Assembly: GCA_030429345.1 (NCBI GenBank)
Contig: JAUIFJ010000013.1
Span: 13,812 to 77,811, forward strand
DNA from: a bacterium
GTDB lineage: Bacteria; CAIWAD01
DNA: 64,000 nucleotides
Direction of reading: 5' to 3'
This document shows, in pieces, positions 56,746 to 64,000 of this stretch; position 1 is the stretch's first letter, and each line of letters starts with the position of its first letter. The notes below the pieces were generated by a model, which searched no databases, was not told where the DNA came from, and was given only the letters and a program-made list of their open reading frames with translations. The translations under genes and the position numbers were made by a program.

Positions 56746-59700
56746 CTATTCGGGTACCGTTGCCACCACCACGTAGCTGGCCCGCGGGCCGGGGGCGGGG
56801 GCGCTCCAGCTGTTGCCGTCGTAGCTGCCGCTCAGGTCGATCGTGTAGCCGCTCCAGGGCTCCGTGCTGCTGTAGACGGTGTAGTCGATTGCCTCCGGCA
56901 GCAGAGACCAGTTCAGCTCCACGATGCCGTTGACGACCGTGATCTCCAGCTCGAGCACCGGCACCTGCGCCGTGCATTCGGAGTTGTAGGTCGCCGCGTT
57001 GACCAGGCCGTAGGAGGGCTGGTCCACCTGGTGGTTGATCGCCGCCTCGATGGCGGCCGGATCCGCGCTGCCCCAGTAGTTGCCGCAGGCCTCGATGTCC
57101 TGGTTGGAGGTGTTGTTGAGGGCGTAGCCGCCGTTGTCGTAGAGGCAGTTGTTGCCTCCCGCTTCCGAGCAGGATCCCAGGGCGAGGCTGCCCTGGTTGC
57201 ACTGGATGCCGTCATCCGTATTGTCGCGGAAGATGCTTCCCTTGGCGCTTGCGCTGCTGTAGAGGGTGTAGAGGCCGTCGCCCAGGTTGTCCTCGACCCG
57301 GCAATACTCCAGGTGGAGAGACTCCGTATACTCTCCGCGGATGCCGCTTTCCTGCCCGCCGCCGCCGCCATGGGCCACTTCCGTCCACTGCAGGTTGCCG
57401 CTGCCTTCGTTGCCGCTGTAGCCGTGGAAGAGCAGGCCGTTCCAGTAGCCTGCCGTGCCGCTGCTGACGCCGTCGTGGGCCGTATCCCCGTCCACGCTGT
57501 CGTCATCGAGGGAGGTGAAGGTCACACGGCGGATCGCGTTGCCGTTGGAATCCAGTGTGCCGTTGGTGCGCAACTGCGCCCCGTTCATGCCCTTGATCAC
57601 GGTGCCGGCCTGCAGCGAGAGCGTCACGTTGTCGTTGACCGTCGTCTGGCCGGTCAGAACGACCGGGAAGCCGGGTTCCGTACTCCAGCCGGAGTTGACC
57701 TGCACGGTGCCCTTGATGCCGAAACCATCGGTTCCGTTGCCGCTGCCCGTATTGCCGGAAAGGTCCGCCAGCGAACTGTTGTCCATGTAGACGCCGAAGG
57801 CGCCGTTGTCCTCGAAGACGCTGTCGTATACCGGCACGCGGGAGGTGGAGTTGCAGTAGATGCCGTGACGCAGGTTGCTCCGGAAGGCGCTGCGCTCGAC
57901 GAGAGGCGAAGAGGCCGTGGTGGCCACGCCGTCCCGGGCGCAGTCCTGCACCCGGCTGTCGCGCAGATGCGCCCCGTCGCTGTAGTCGATCTGGATGCCG
58001 GCCGTGTTGGCCGCGTTGGCGCCGCCGTGATACAGCTCGCCCCAGGCCATGTCGAGGATGCCTTCGTTGCCCGAATAGCCGTAGACGTAGAGGCCCTTCC
58101 AGTCGCCGGGCTGCCCCAGGCTGGCCCCGTCGCCGTTGGTGTCGCCGCCGATGCCGTCCTCGCGCCAGGAGGCGAAGCGCACGGGCTGGCTTTCCGTGCC
58201 CAGGATGTTCAGCGTGCCGTAGACGCTGAGCTGGCTCTCGTTCTCGCACTTGAACAGCGTCCCCGCGGCCAGGTCGAGCACCGTGTTGTCGTTGACACTG
58301 ACCGTGCCGTGAAGAATGAAGGGGAAGGAGGCGGACACGCCGCTCCAGGTCTGTGATACATAGGTGTTGCCGTTCAGGGCCAGGCCGTTGATGCCGTTGC
58401 CGCTGCCGTCGTTGCCCGAGAAGTCGGTCAGCGCGCTGGAGGTGACCCAGGCGCCGTACTGCCCGTTGGCGTCGAACTGGTTGTCGACCAGGAAAGGGGT
58501 TCCGCTGGAGCAGTGGAAGCCGTTCAGGCCGTTGGCGTTCAGCAGGCAACGGCTGAGGCTGCTGACGCTCTGGTTGGTGCGGACTCCGTGCATCGAGCCG
58601 TATTCCACCACGCAGTCGTCCAGGCTGACCGTCTCGCAGTAGGCCAGGTAGACTGTGGCCTCGCCGCCGGCCACATTGCCGCCGTAGCGGAAGCGAGTGT
58701 AGTCCAGGTCGACGATGCCTTCGTTGCCCGAGTAGCCGTAGGCGTAGAGGCCTTTCCAGTCCCCCGGCGCAGGGGCATCCGATTCCATGGTGTAGGTGTC
58801 GCCGGCAAGGGCATCGTCGCGGTAAGAGCTGAAGACGACGGGGGAGCCGGAGCCGCCCGGAGCCGTCAAGGTGCCGTATACATGGATTTCGCCGTTGTTC
58901 TCGCCCTTGAAGACGCAGCCTGCATTGAGGGTCAGGCTGGCATTGTCGTTGACAGTCAGCAGCCCCGGCAGCAGGTAGGGAAAGGCCGGGTCCCCCTGGC
59001 TCCAGCTGAGCGCTCCGGCGACGGCGCCCTGCACGGCGAAACCGTTGATGCCGTTGCCGCTTCCCGTGTTGCCGCTGTAGTCCGTCATGGTGCAGGTGCT
59101 GAAACGGCTGCCGTAGCGCGTGTTGTCCTCGAAGGAGCAGTCGGTCACGAAAGGCGTGGAACTGGAGGCATTCAGGCCGTCGCGTCCGTTGGCGCTGAAG
59201 GAGCACTGCTGCAGGTCGGGCATGGTCGAAAAGCTGTAGAGGCCGTCGTGGGCGCTGTGCCCGATGCGGCAGTTGCTCAGCGTCTGGTAGTCCGCATACT
59301 GGAGAATGACCGAGGCCCGGCTGCCCGCCTGGCCGCCGTAATACACGGAGGCCCAGGTCCAGGTCCCCGCGCCCTCGTTGCCCGAATAGCCGTAGGTCTC
59401 GATGCCCAGCCAGTCGCCGGGCGAGCCCGTGCTGGCGCCGTCGCTGTTGGTGTCGCCGCCGACGCCGTCATCGGCGATCGAGGTCAGGATCACCTCGGCG
59501 GATCCCGGTCCGCCGTCCATGTCCAGCGTGCCATAGACATAGAGCAGCCCACTGTTCTGGCTCTTGAAGGTGCAGCCCGCTTCCAGGCGCAGGTGGGCAT
59601 TGTCGTTGACCGTCAACTGGCCGCTCAGGATGAAGGGAAAGTTCGGGCCAACGGTCGAAAGGGAATCGAAACCGGTCACCTGCCCCTGCAGGCGCATGCC

Positions 59701-60411
59701 GTTCAGAGTGTTGGCCGACCCCGTATTGCCGCCGTAGCTGCCGATATCGCTGGTGTAGATGTTCGCGCCGTAGCCCAGGTTGTTGTGGAATTCGTTGTCG
59801 CGCACCGAAGGAGCGCCGTTGGCACAGCGGAAGCCGTCGCCCTGGTTGTGCCGGAAGAGGCAATGGTCGAGAAGGTCGTTGGAGAAGTTGGTGCTGAGCC
59901 CCGGACCGGCGCAGTGGTCGATGCTGCTGTAGCGGAACCAGGCGAAATCGCTGTAGGCGCAGTAGATGCCCGCGTTGTCCGAGTTGCCCGCGCCGCCGGC
60001 GTAGGAGAAGTCCGTGTAGTCGAAGTCGACCAGGCCCTCGGCCACCGAGTAGCCGTAGGCGTTGATGCCGTCCCAGTCGCCGGGCTGCGGATTCCCCGTC
60101 GATTCGCTGATCGCCTCGCCCACGCTGTCGTTGTTGCGCGAAGTCAAGGTCACACGGTTGCCCTCCACGCCGTCGGCGTCGAAGGTGCCGTTCACGGTTA
60201 CAAGGACGCCGGGTGCGAACTTCATCACGACGCCGGGCTCCAGGGTTACCTGCTGGTTGTCCGGAATGGTGACATTCCCGGTGACATGGTAGGTGCCGGC
60301 GCTCAAGGTCATGGTGTTCCAGGTGCCGCCGGGCAGTGTCGTGTAGGCTGCCGCGTTCAGGGGCAGGGCAAAGGCCAGTCCGAGCCCGACCAGTCGGGGT
60401 GCGAGTCGCAT
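56746..60411 (-). CDS. Five-module beta-helix exoprotein, paralog 3 (1,221 aa)
   Basis: Start taken at the ATG at 60411 (AGGAGAACCC upstream), giving signal peptide MRLAPRLVGLGLAFALPLNAAA. The 47 extra codons in the track ORF are non-signal. Same module order as the other paralogs. Cap ACGNYWGSADPAAIEAAINHQ and C-terminal domain ..IVELNWSLLPEAIDYTVYSS..YVVVATVPE. Confidence 0.85.
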   Translation of the reverse strand: MRLAPRLVGLGLAFALPLNAAAYTTLPGGTWNTMTLSAGTYHVTGNVTIPDNQQVTLEPGVVMKFAPGVLVTVNGTFDADGVEGNRVTLTSRNNDSVGEAISESTGNPQPGDWDGINAYGYSVAEGLVDFDYTDFSYAGGAGNSDNAGIYCAYSDFAWFRYSSIDHCAGPGLSTNFSNDLLDHCLFRHNQGDGFRCANGAPSVRDNEFHNNLGYGANIYTSDIGSYGGNTGSANTLNGMRLQGQVTGFDSLSTVGPNFPFILSGQLTVNDNAHLRLEAGCTFKSQNSGLLYVYGTLDMDGGPGSAEVILTSIADDGVGGDTNSDGASTGSPGDWLGIETYGYSGNEGAGTWTWASVYYGGQAGSRASVILQYADYQTLSNCRIGHSAHDGLYSFSTMPDLQQCSFSANGRDGLNASSSTPFVTDCSFEDNTRYGSRFSTCTMTDYSGNTGSGNGINGFAVQGAVAGALSWSQGDPAFPYLLPGLLTVNDNASLTLNAGCVFKGENNGEIHVYGTLTAPGGSGSPVVFSSYRDDALAGDTYTMESDAPAPGDWKGLYAYGYSGNEGIVDLDYTRFRYGGNVAGGEATVYLAYCETVSLDDCVVEYGSMHGVRTNQSVSSLSRCLLNANGLNGFHCSSGTPFLVDNQFDANGQYGAWVTSSALTDFSGNDGSGNGINGLALNGNTYVSQTWSGVSASFPFILHGTVSVNDNTVLDLAAGTLFKCENESQLSVYGTLNILGTESQPVRFASWREDGIGGDTNGDGASLGQPGDWKGLYVYGYSGNEGILDMAWGELYHGGANAANTAGIQIDYSDGAHLRDSRVQDCARDGVATTASSPLVERSAFRSNLRHGIYCNSTSRVPVYDSVFEDNGAFGVYMDNSSLADLSGNTGSGNGTDGFGIKGTVQVNSGWSTEPGFPVVLTGQTTVNDNVTLSLQAGTVIKGMNGAQLRTNGTLDSNGNAIRRVTFTSLDDDSVDGDTAHDGVSSGTAGYWNGLLFHGYSGNEGSGNLQWTEVAHGGGGGQESGIRGEYTESLHLEYCRVEDNLGDGLYTLYSSASAKGSIFRDNTDDGIQCNQGSLALGSCSEAGGNNCLYDNGGYALNNTSNQDIEACGNYWGSADPAAIEAAINHQVDQPSYGLVNAATYNSECTAQVPVLELEITVVNGIVELNWSLLPEAIDYTVYSSTEPWSGYTIDLSGSYDGNSWSAPAPGPRASYVVVATVPE

Positions 60412-60460
60412 GGGTTCTCCTGGGTGGATTGAGAGCTGTGTCTGATTTCGTGGAACTTGA

Positions 60461-60475
60461 GCAAAGATTGTGCCA
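60461..60475 (-). promoter_or_regulatory. Sigma-54 (RpoN) promoter upstream of beta-helix paralog 3
   Basis: The minus strand reads CCATGGCACAATCTTTGCTCAAG, i.e. TGGCAC-N5-TTGCT, a full match to the -24 GG / -12 GC core with correct spacing. The -12 element lies 50 nt upstream of the ATG at 60411. Confidence 0.75.
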
Positions 60476-60709
60476 TGGATGTCGGCGCTAAGTCTCGAAG
60501 AATCGTTGTTATGATTGAGAGTTCTTCTACCCGAGTGACCGATCCTGCACAAAGTGCCGAAAGCTGACTACTAGAACGGGACACGCGCTTGGGGGACGGT
60601 CCGGAAGGGCATCGCGCGGGCGGTCCGCTCGCAGGGGCGGACTCAATCGCTATATTTCGTGTTTGTCTCACGAAGCCATCTGTTTCCAAGGAAAGACGAA
60701 GCCCGCCTC

Positions 60710-62941
60710 ATGTCCCACGCACCCGAACCCGCGGTCACTCCCGAGCTGGCCCAGGAGCACGGCCTGAGCCCTGCCGAGTTCCAGATGATCCAGGACTATC
60801 TGGGCCGCATGCCCAGCTGGACCGAGCTGGGCATCTACAGCGTCATGTGGTCCGAACACTGCAGCTACAAGAATTCCATCGCCCAGCTGAAGACCCTGCC
60901 CCGCGACGGAGGCAGGCTGCTGGTGGCCGCCGGGGAGGAGAACGCCGGCCTGGTCGACATCGGCGAAGGGCTGGCGGTGGCCTTCAAGATCGAGAGCCAC
61001 AACCACCCCAGCGCCGTGGAACCCTACCAGGGGGCGGCCACAGGTGTCGGCGGCATCATGCGCGACATCTTCACCATGGGCGCGCGGCCGATCTGCAGCC
61101 TGAACAGCCTGCGTTTCCCCTCGCTGTCTCACGAAAGCACGCGCTGGCTGGTCGACGGCATCGTGCGCGGCATCGGTGACTACGGCAACTGCCTCGGCAT
61201 TCCCACGGTGGGCGGCGAGGCGGCCTTCGAGGCCTGCTACAACGGCAATCCGCTGGTCAACGCCATGACCGTCGGCATCGTGAAACACGAGCACACGGCC
61301 AGCGCCACGGCGGAAGGGACGGGCAATCCGGTCTTCCTGATGGGCGCTTCCACCGGCCGCGACGGCATTCACGGAGCGACCTTCGCCAGCGAAGAGCTCT
61401 CCGAGGAAAGCGAGGAGAAGCGCTCGAATGTCCAGGTGGGCGATCCCTTCATGGAGAAGCTGCTGCTGGAAGCGACCCTCGAACTGATCGGCACCGGGGA
61501 CCTGGTGGGCATCCAGGACATGGGCGCTGCCGGGATTACCTGCAGCTGCAGCGAGATGAGCGCCAAGGGGGAGTCCGGCATCCGCATCCACATCGAGAAG
61601 GTCCCCCAGCGCGAACCCCGCATGTCGGCCTACGAGGTCTGCCTGAGCGAGAGCCAGGAGCGCATGCTGGTGGTGATGAAGAAGGGCACCGAAGCGAGCA
61701 TTCGCCGGGTCTGCGAGAAATGGGACATCCACTGCGAGCAGATCGGCGAGGTCACCGACACGGGCCTCTTCGAGGTGTACCACAACGGCGAGCTGAAAAG
61801 CGCGATTCCCGCCGACAGCCTGGTGCTGGGCGGCGGCGCGCCGGTCTACATCCGCGAATCCCGCGAACCGGCGTATTACAGAGAGCTGAAGACTGCGGCT
61901 CTTGACTTCGCGGATGTGGAGGACCCGGCGGCGGAGCTGAAGCGCCTGGTCGGCCACCCCAACATCGTCTCGCGGCGCTGGATCTACCGGCAGTACGATC
62001 ACATGATCGGCGCCGCCACCACCTTGCGCCCCGGCGGGGACGCGGCCGTGGTGCGCGTACTCGGCTCGCACAAGAGCCTGGCCGTCTGCACGGACTGCAA
62101 CAGCCGGCTGGTCTACCTGGACCCGCGCGCCGGCGCCCGCGCCGCCGTCGCCGAGGCGGCCCGCAACATCGCCTGCAGCGGAGCACGGCCCCTGGCGATC
62201 ACCAATTGCCTCAATTTCGGCAACCCCATGGACCCGGAAATCTACTGGCAGTTCCAGGAGGCCATCGCCGGCATGGGCGAGGCCTGCCGCGCCTTCGACA
62301 CGCCGGTGACCGGCGGCAATGTCAGCTTCTACAACGAAAGCCCGGAAAGCGCCGTCCACCCGACTCCGGTAATCGGCATGGTCGGCCTGCTGGAACACGA
62401 TCGCCCCGTGCCCAGCGCCTTCCGCCGGGCCGGCGACACGATCTGGCTGCTGGGAATCTCCCGGAGCGAGCTGGGCGGCAGCCTCTACGCCGAGCACCGC
62501 CTGGGCCGCCTGGCCGGCGCCGTGCCCGATCCGGACCTGGAAGCCGAAGGGCGCCTGCAGGACTTCCTGGTCGAAGCGGCGGAGAAGAGCCTGCTGCAGA
62601 GCGCGCACGACATCAGCGAAGGCGGGCTGGCGGTCTGCCTGGCCGAGGCCTGCTTCTGTGATCCGGATACCCGCGTCGGCGCCCGCGTGACCCTGCCGGG
62701 CGAAGGCCGCCTCGACGCCCGCCTCTTCGCCGAGACTCCCGGGCAAGTGCTGCTCTCGGCCGACCCGGCGCATGCGGAGACGCTGCAGGCCCTGGCGGTG
62801 AAACACGAGCTCCCGCTGGTGGCCCTTGGCGTGACCGGCGGAGAGAGTCTTCGCATCACGGATGTGCTCGACCTGCCCCTGGCGGGCCTGGCCGAGACCT
62901 GGTGGGGCAGCCTGGACCACTGGATGGACGGCGAACGGTGA
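60710..62941 (+). CDS. purL: Phosphoribosylformylglycinamidine synthase subunit PurL
   Basis: [79 protein letters not shown]. Confidence 0.95.
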   Translation: MSHAPEPAVTPELAQEHGLSPAEFQMIQDYLGRMPSWTELGIYSVMWSEHCSYKNSIAQLKTLPRDGGRLLVAAGEENAGLVDIGEGLAVAFKIESHNHPSAVEPYQGAATGVGGIMRDIFTMGARPICSLNSLRFPSLSHESTRWLVDGIVRGIGDYGNCLGIPTVGGEAAFEACYNGNPLVNAMTVGIVKHEHTASATAEGTGNPVFLMGASTGRDGIHGATFASEELSEESEEKRSNVQVGDPFMEKLLLEATLELIGTGDLVGIQDMGAAGITCSCSEMSAKGESGIRIHIEKVPQREPRMSAYEVCLSESQERMLVVMKKGTEASIRRVCEKWDIHCEQIGEVTDTGLFEVYHNGELKSAIPADSLVLGGGAPVYIRESREPAYYRELKTAALDFADVEDPAAELKRLVGHPNIVSRRWIYRQYDHMIGAATTLRPGGDAAVVRVLGSHKSLAVCTDCNSRLVYLDPRAGARAAVAEAARNIACSGARPLAITNCLNFGNPMDPEIYWQFQEAIAGMGEACRAFDTPVTGGNVSFYNESPESAVHPTPVIGMVGLLEHDRPVPSAFRRAGDTIWLLGISRSELGGSLYAEHRLGRLAGAVPDPDLEAEGRLQDFLVEAAEKSLLQSAHDISEGGLAVCLAEACFCDPDTRVGARVTLPGEGRLDARLFAETPGQVLLSADPAHAETLQALAVKHELPLVALGVTGGESLRITDVLDLPLAGLAETWWGSLDHWMDGER

Positions 62942-64000
62942 GTTCCGCGCCGGCAGCCGGCGAGGCGCCGGAAGCGCCGGCGCGACGAAAACGCCGGCGC
63001 TGGCCCTGGGTGCTCCTGGGGCTTTTCCTGCTCTGTCTCGTCCTGGTCTGGGCTGGCCTGCGCTGGCTGATGCGGCCGGTCCCGCTGGCCGAGCGCCTCG
63101 GCGCCCTGGCGCGTGAGACAAGCGGTTTCCCCCTCAGCATGGCGCGCGTCGAACACCAGGGGCTGTCCTCCTTCCGCATTCTGGACCTGAGCCTGGGCGA
63201 GCCCGAGCGAATGCTGAGCATCGGCCGCATCGAGCTGGGCCTCCAGCCCTGGCGCCTGCTGGACCGCGAGCTGGTGCTGGACTCCCTGGTCATCGAGGAC
63301 CTGCACCTGCAGCTGGTCTGGCAGGACAGCCTGTTGCTGCCGGACTGGCTGGCCGCCGAAGAACCCGCGGAGGCCGCGGAAGACTCCCCCGAAAACGATC
63401 GCTCGTCCTCTTTGCCCGCCTGGCTGGGCATCGAAAAGAGCCGCCTGCGGCCGGGCCATGCGATCCTGCGTTCGGCGGTGGTCGGCATCGAGTTCCGCGG
63501 GCAGGGGGAAAGCCAGTTCCTGGAAAGCCCGCCGCTCAGCCTGCGCCTCGACCTGCCCGATCTGGCAGGACCGCAGATCGAAGAGCTGCTCGCCGGCAAG
63601 CTGCCGGCGGACCTGCGCGCCGCCCTGCTGCTGGGCTGGAGCGGCGACTGGCTGCCGCGGCCGGCCTTCGCCGACCTGATGGAAGACCTGCGCCTGCACC
63701 TGCCGGACGAGGCCCGCCAGCAGGTGGACTGGCAAAGCGGCCTTGCCGGAGACAGCCTGCGCCTGGGCATGACCTGGAGCCTGGAAGCTCCGGGACTGGC
63801 TCTGGAGCGCCAGGGACGACGACGCGCCCTGCCCGACGAGTTCTCCTGCCGTATGGAACTGCACGGCGACCTTGCGGCCCGCTCCCTGGACAGCCTGGCG
63901 CTGGACTGGAGCCTTGCCCCCTTCGGCGGCAGCGGCGGGCTGCAGCTGCAGCTGGCCGGCATGGAGGGCGACAGTCCCTGGCGGCTGTCCCTGCAACATG
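62938..64000 (+). CDS. N-terminal part of a large membrane-anchored protein, AsmA/TamB-like (3' end outside window)
   Basis: Not in the track because there is no stop inside the window. GTGA overlap with purL. Hand translation: [95 protein letters not shown].. The frame is open with GC3-rich codons through the last complete codon at 63999. Confidence 0.6.
   Translation, partial: MSSAPAAGEAPEAPARRKRRRWPWVLLGLFLLCLVLVWAGLRWLMRPVPLAERLGALARETSGFPLSMARVEHQGLSSFRILDLSLGEPERMLSIGRIELGLQPWRLLDRELVLDSLVIEDLHLQLVWQDSLLLPDWLAAEEPAEAAEDSPENDRSSSLPAWLGIEKSRLRPGHAILRSAVVGIEFRGQGESQFLESPPLSLRLDLPDLAGPQIEELLAGKLPADLRAALLLGWSGDWLPRPAFADLMEDLRLHLPDEARQQVDWQSGLAGDSLRLGMTWSLEAPGLALERQGRRRALPDEFSCRMELHGDLAARSLDSLALDWSLAPFGGSGGLQLQLAGMEGDSPWRLSLQH

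Larger units (their letters stand above)
49400..60300 (-). repeat. Coding-level repeat family: 15 copies (5 per gene) of a ~0.65-kb module
   Basis: The GNTGSGN-coding sites of paralog 1 start at about 50151, 50811, 51464 and 52121, a spacing of 653-660 nt. Near-identical strings such as GCCGTTGCCGCTGCCCGTGTTGCC recur through all three genes. Confidence 0.8.

Noticed and set aside
54052-58356. 1,434-aa plus-strand ORF, the longest ORF in this part of the track
   Set aside because: It is antisense to beta-helix paralogs 2 and 3. The product is low-complexity and Ala/Gly/Val/Arg/Asp-rich with no signal peptide or motif. The minus strand carries signal peptides, conserved repeated motifs and proper RBS/start contexts. 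This is a typical high-GC antisense artefact.
60590-60660. GGTCCGGAAGG and CGGGCGG strings upstream of purL, reminiscent of SRP-RNA helix 8 or of a ZTP (pfl) riboswitch. I made the same check upstream of purN (16930-17200).
   Set aside because: The SRP 3' strand GGAAGCAGCC is absent, and so is the ZTP pseudoknot partner CCGCCTGGGC. No consistent fold could be drawn by hand. A covariance-model scan (Rfam RF00169, RF01750) would settle it.
62485-63999. 504-aa and 368-aa minus-strand ORFs at the right edge
   Set aside because: They are antisense to purL and to the open plus-strand AsmA-like frame. The products are Arg/Pro/Ala/Ser-rich with no signal or domain.

Overview
High-GC bacterial chromosomal segment; 60-nt lines I counted by hand give about 57-73% G+C outside two lower-GC patches. 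It probably comes from an uncultivated FCB-superphylum-like lineage. Three proteins end in T9SS type-A C-terminal sorting domains (..PNPFNPST..LLLK) and a PorV/PorQ-like barrel is present.

I call 43 protein-coding genes (two truncated by the window edges), 2 tRNAs (Arg-CCG, Leu-GAG), several intrinsic terminators, one strong sigma-54 promoter and one long hexamer-based inverted repeat.

The housekeeping backbone is:
- purN-purH-mreBCD-mrdA-queG
- rlmD, rfaE-like kinase, comF, MltD-like transglycosylase, HU/IHF
- xseAB-nadK-ftsY-rimO
- ldcA, tpiA-secG-tRNALeu, purL

Four accessory regions stand out:
1. 0.8-9.1 kb: a six-gene, translationally coupled outer-membrane operon (CarboxypepD_reg TonB-dependent barrel, PorV-like barrel, four lipoproteins including a TatT-like one).
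2. 9.6-17.1 kb: a ~50% GC island with two large T9SS cargo genes. One of them changes composition inside the gene.
3. 24.7-29.8 kb: XRE regulator, propeller sensor kinase and sigma-54 activator.
4. 47.5-60.5 kb: an extracellular endonuclease I convergent with three tandem paralogous ~1,210-aa five-module beta-helix exoproteins. All four share a ~70-aa C-terminal domain ending in Glu that differs from the T9SS CTD. The cluster is headed by a consensus sigma-54 promoter.

Region 4 is my best candidate for an undescribed system. All homology statements come from motif recognition by eye; no searches were run. Many long ORFs in the supplied track are antisense or out-of-frame artefacts of high GC.
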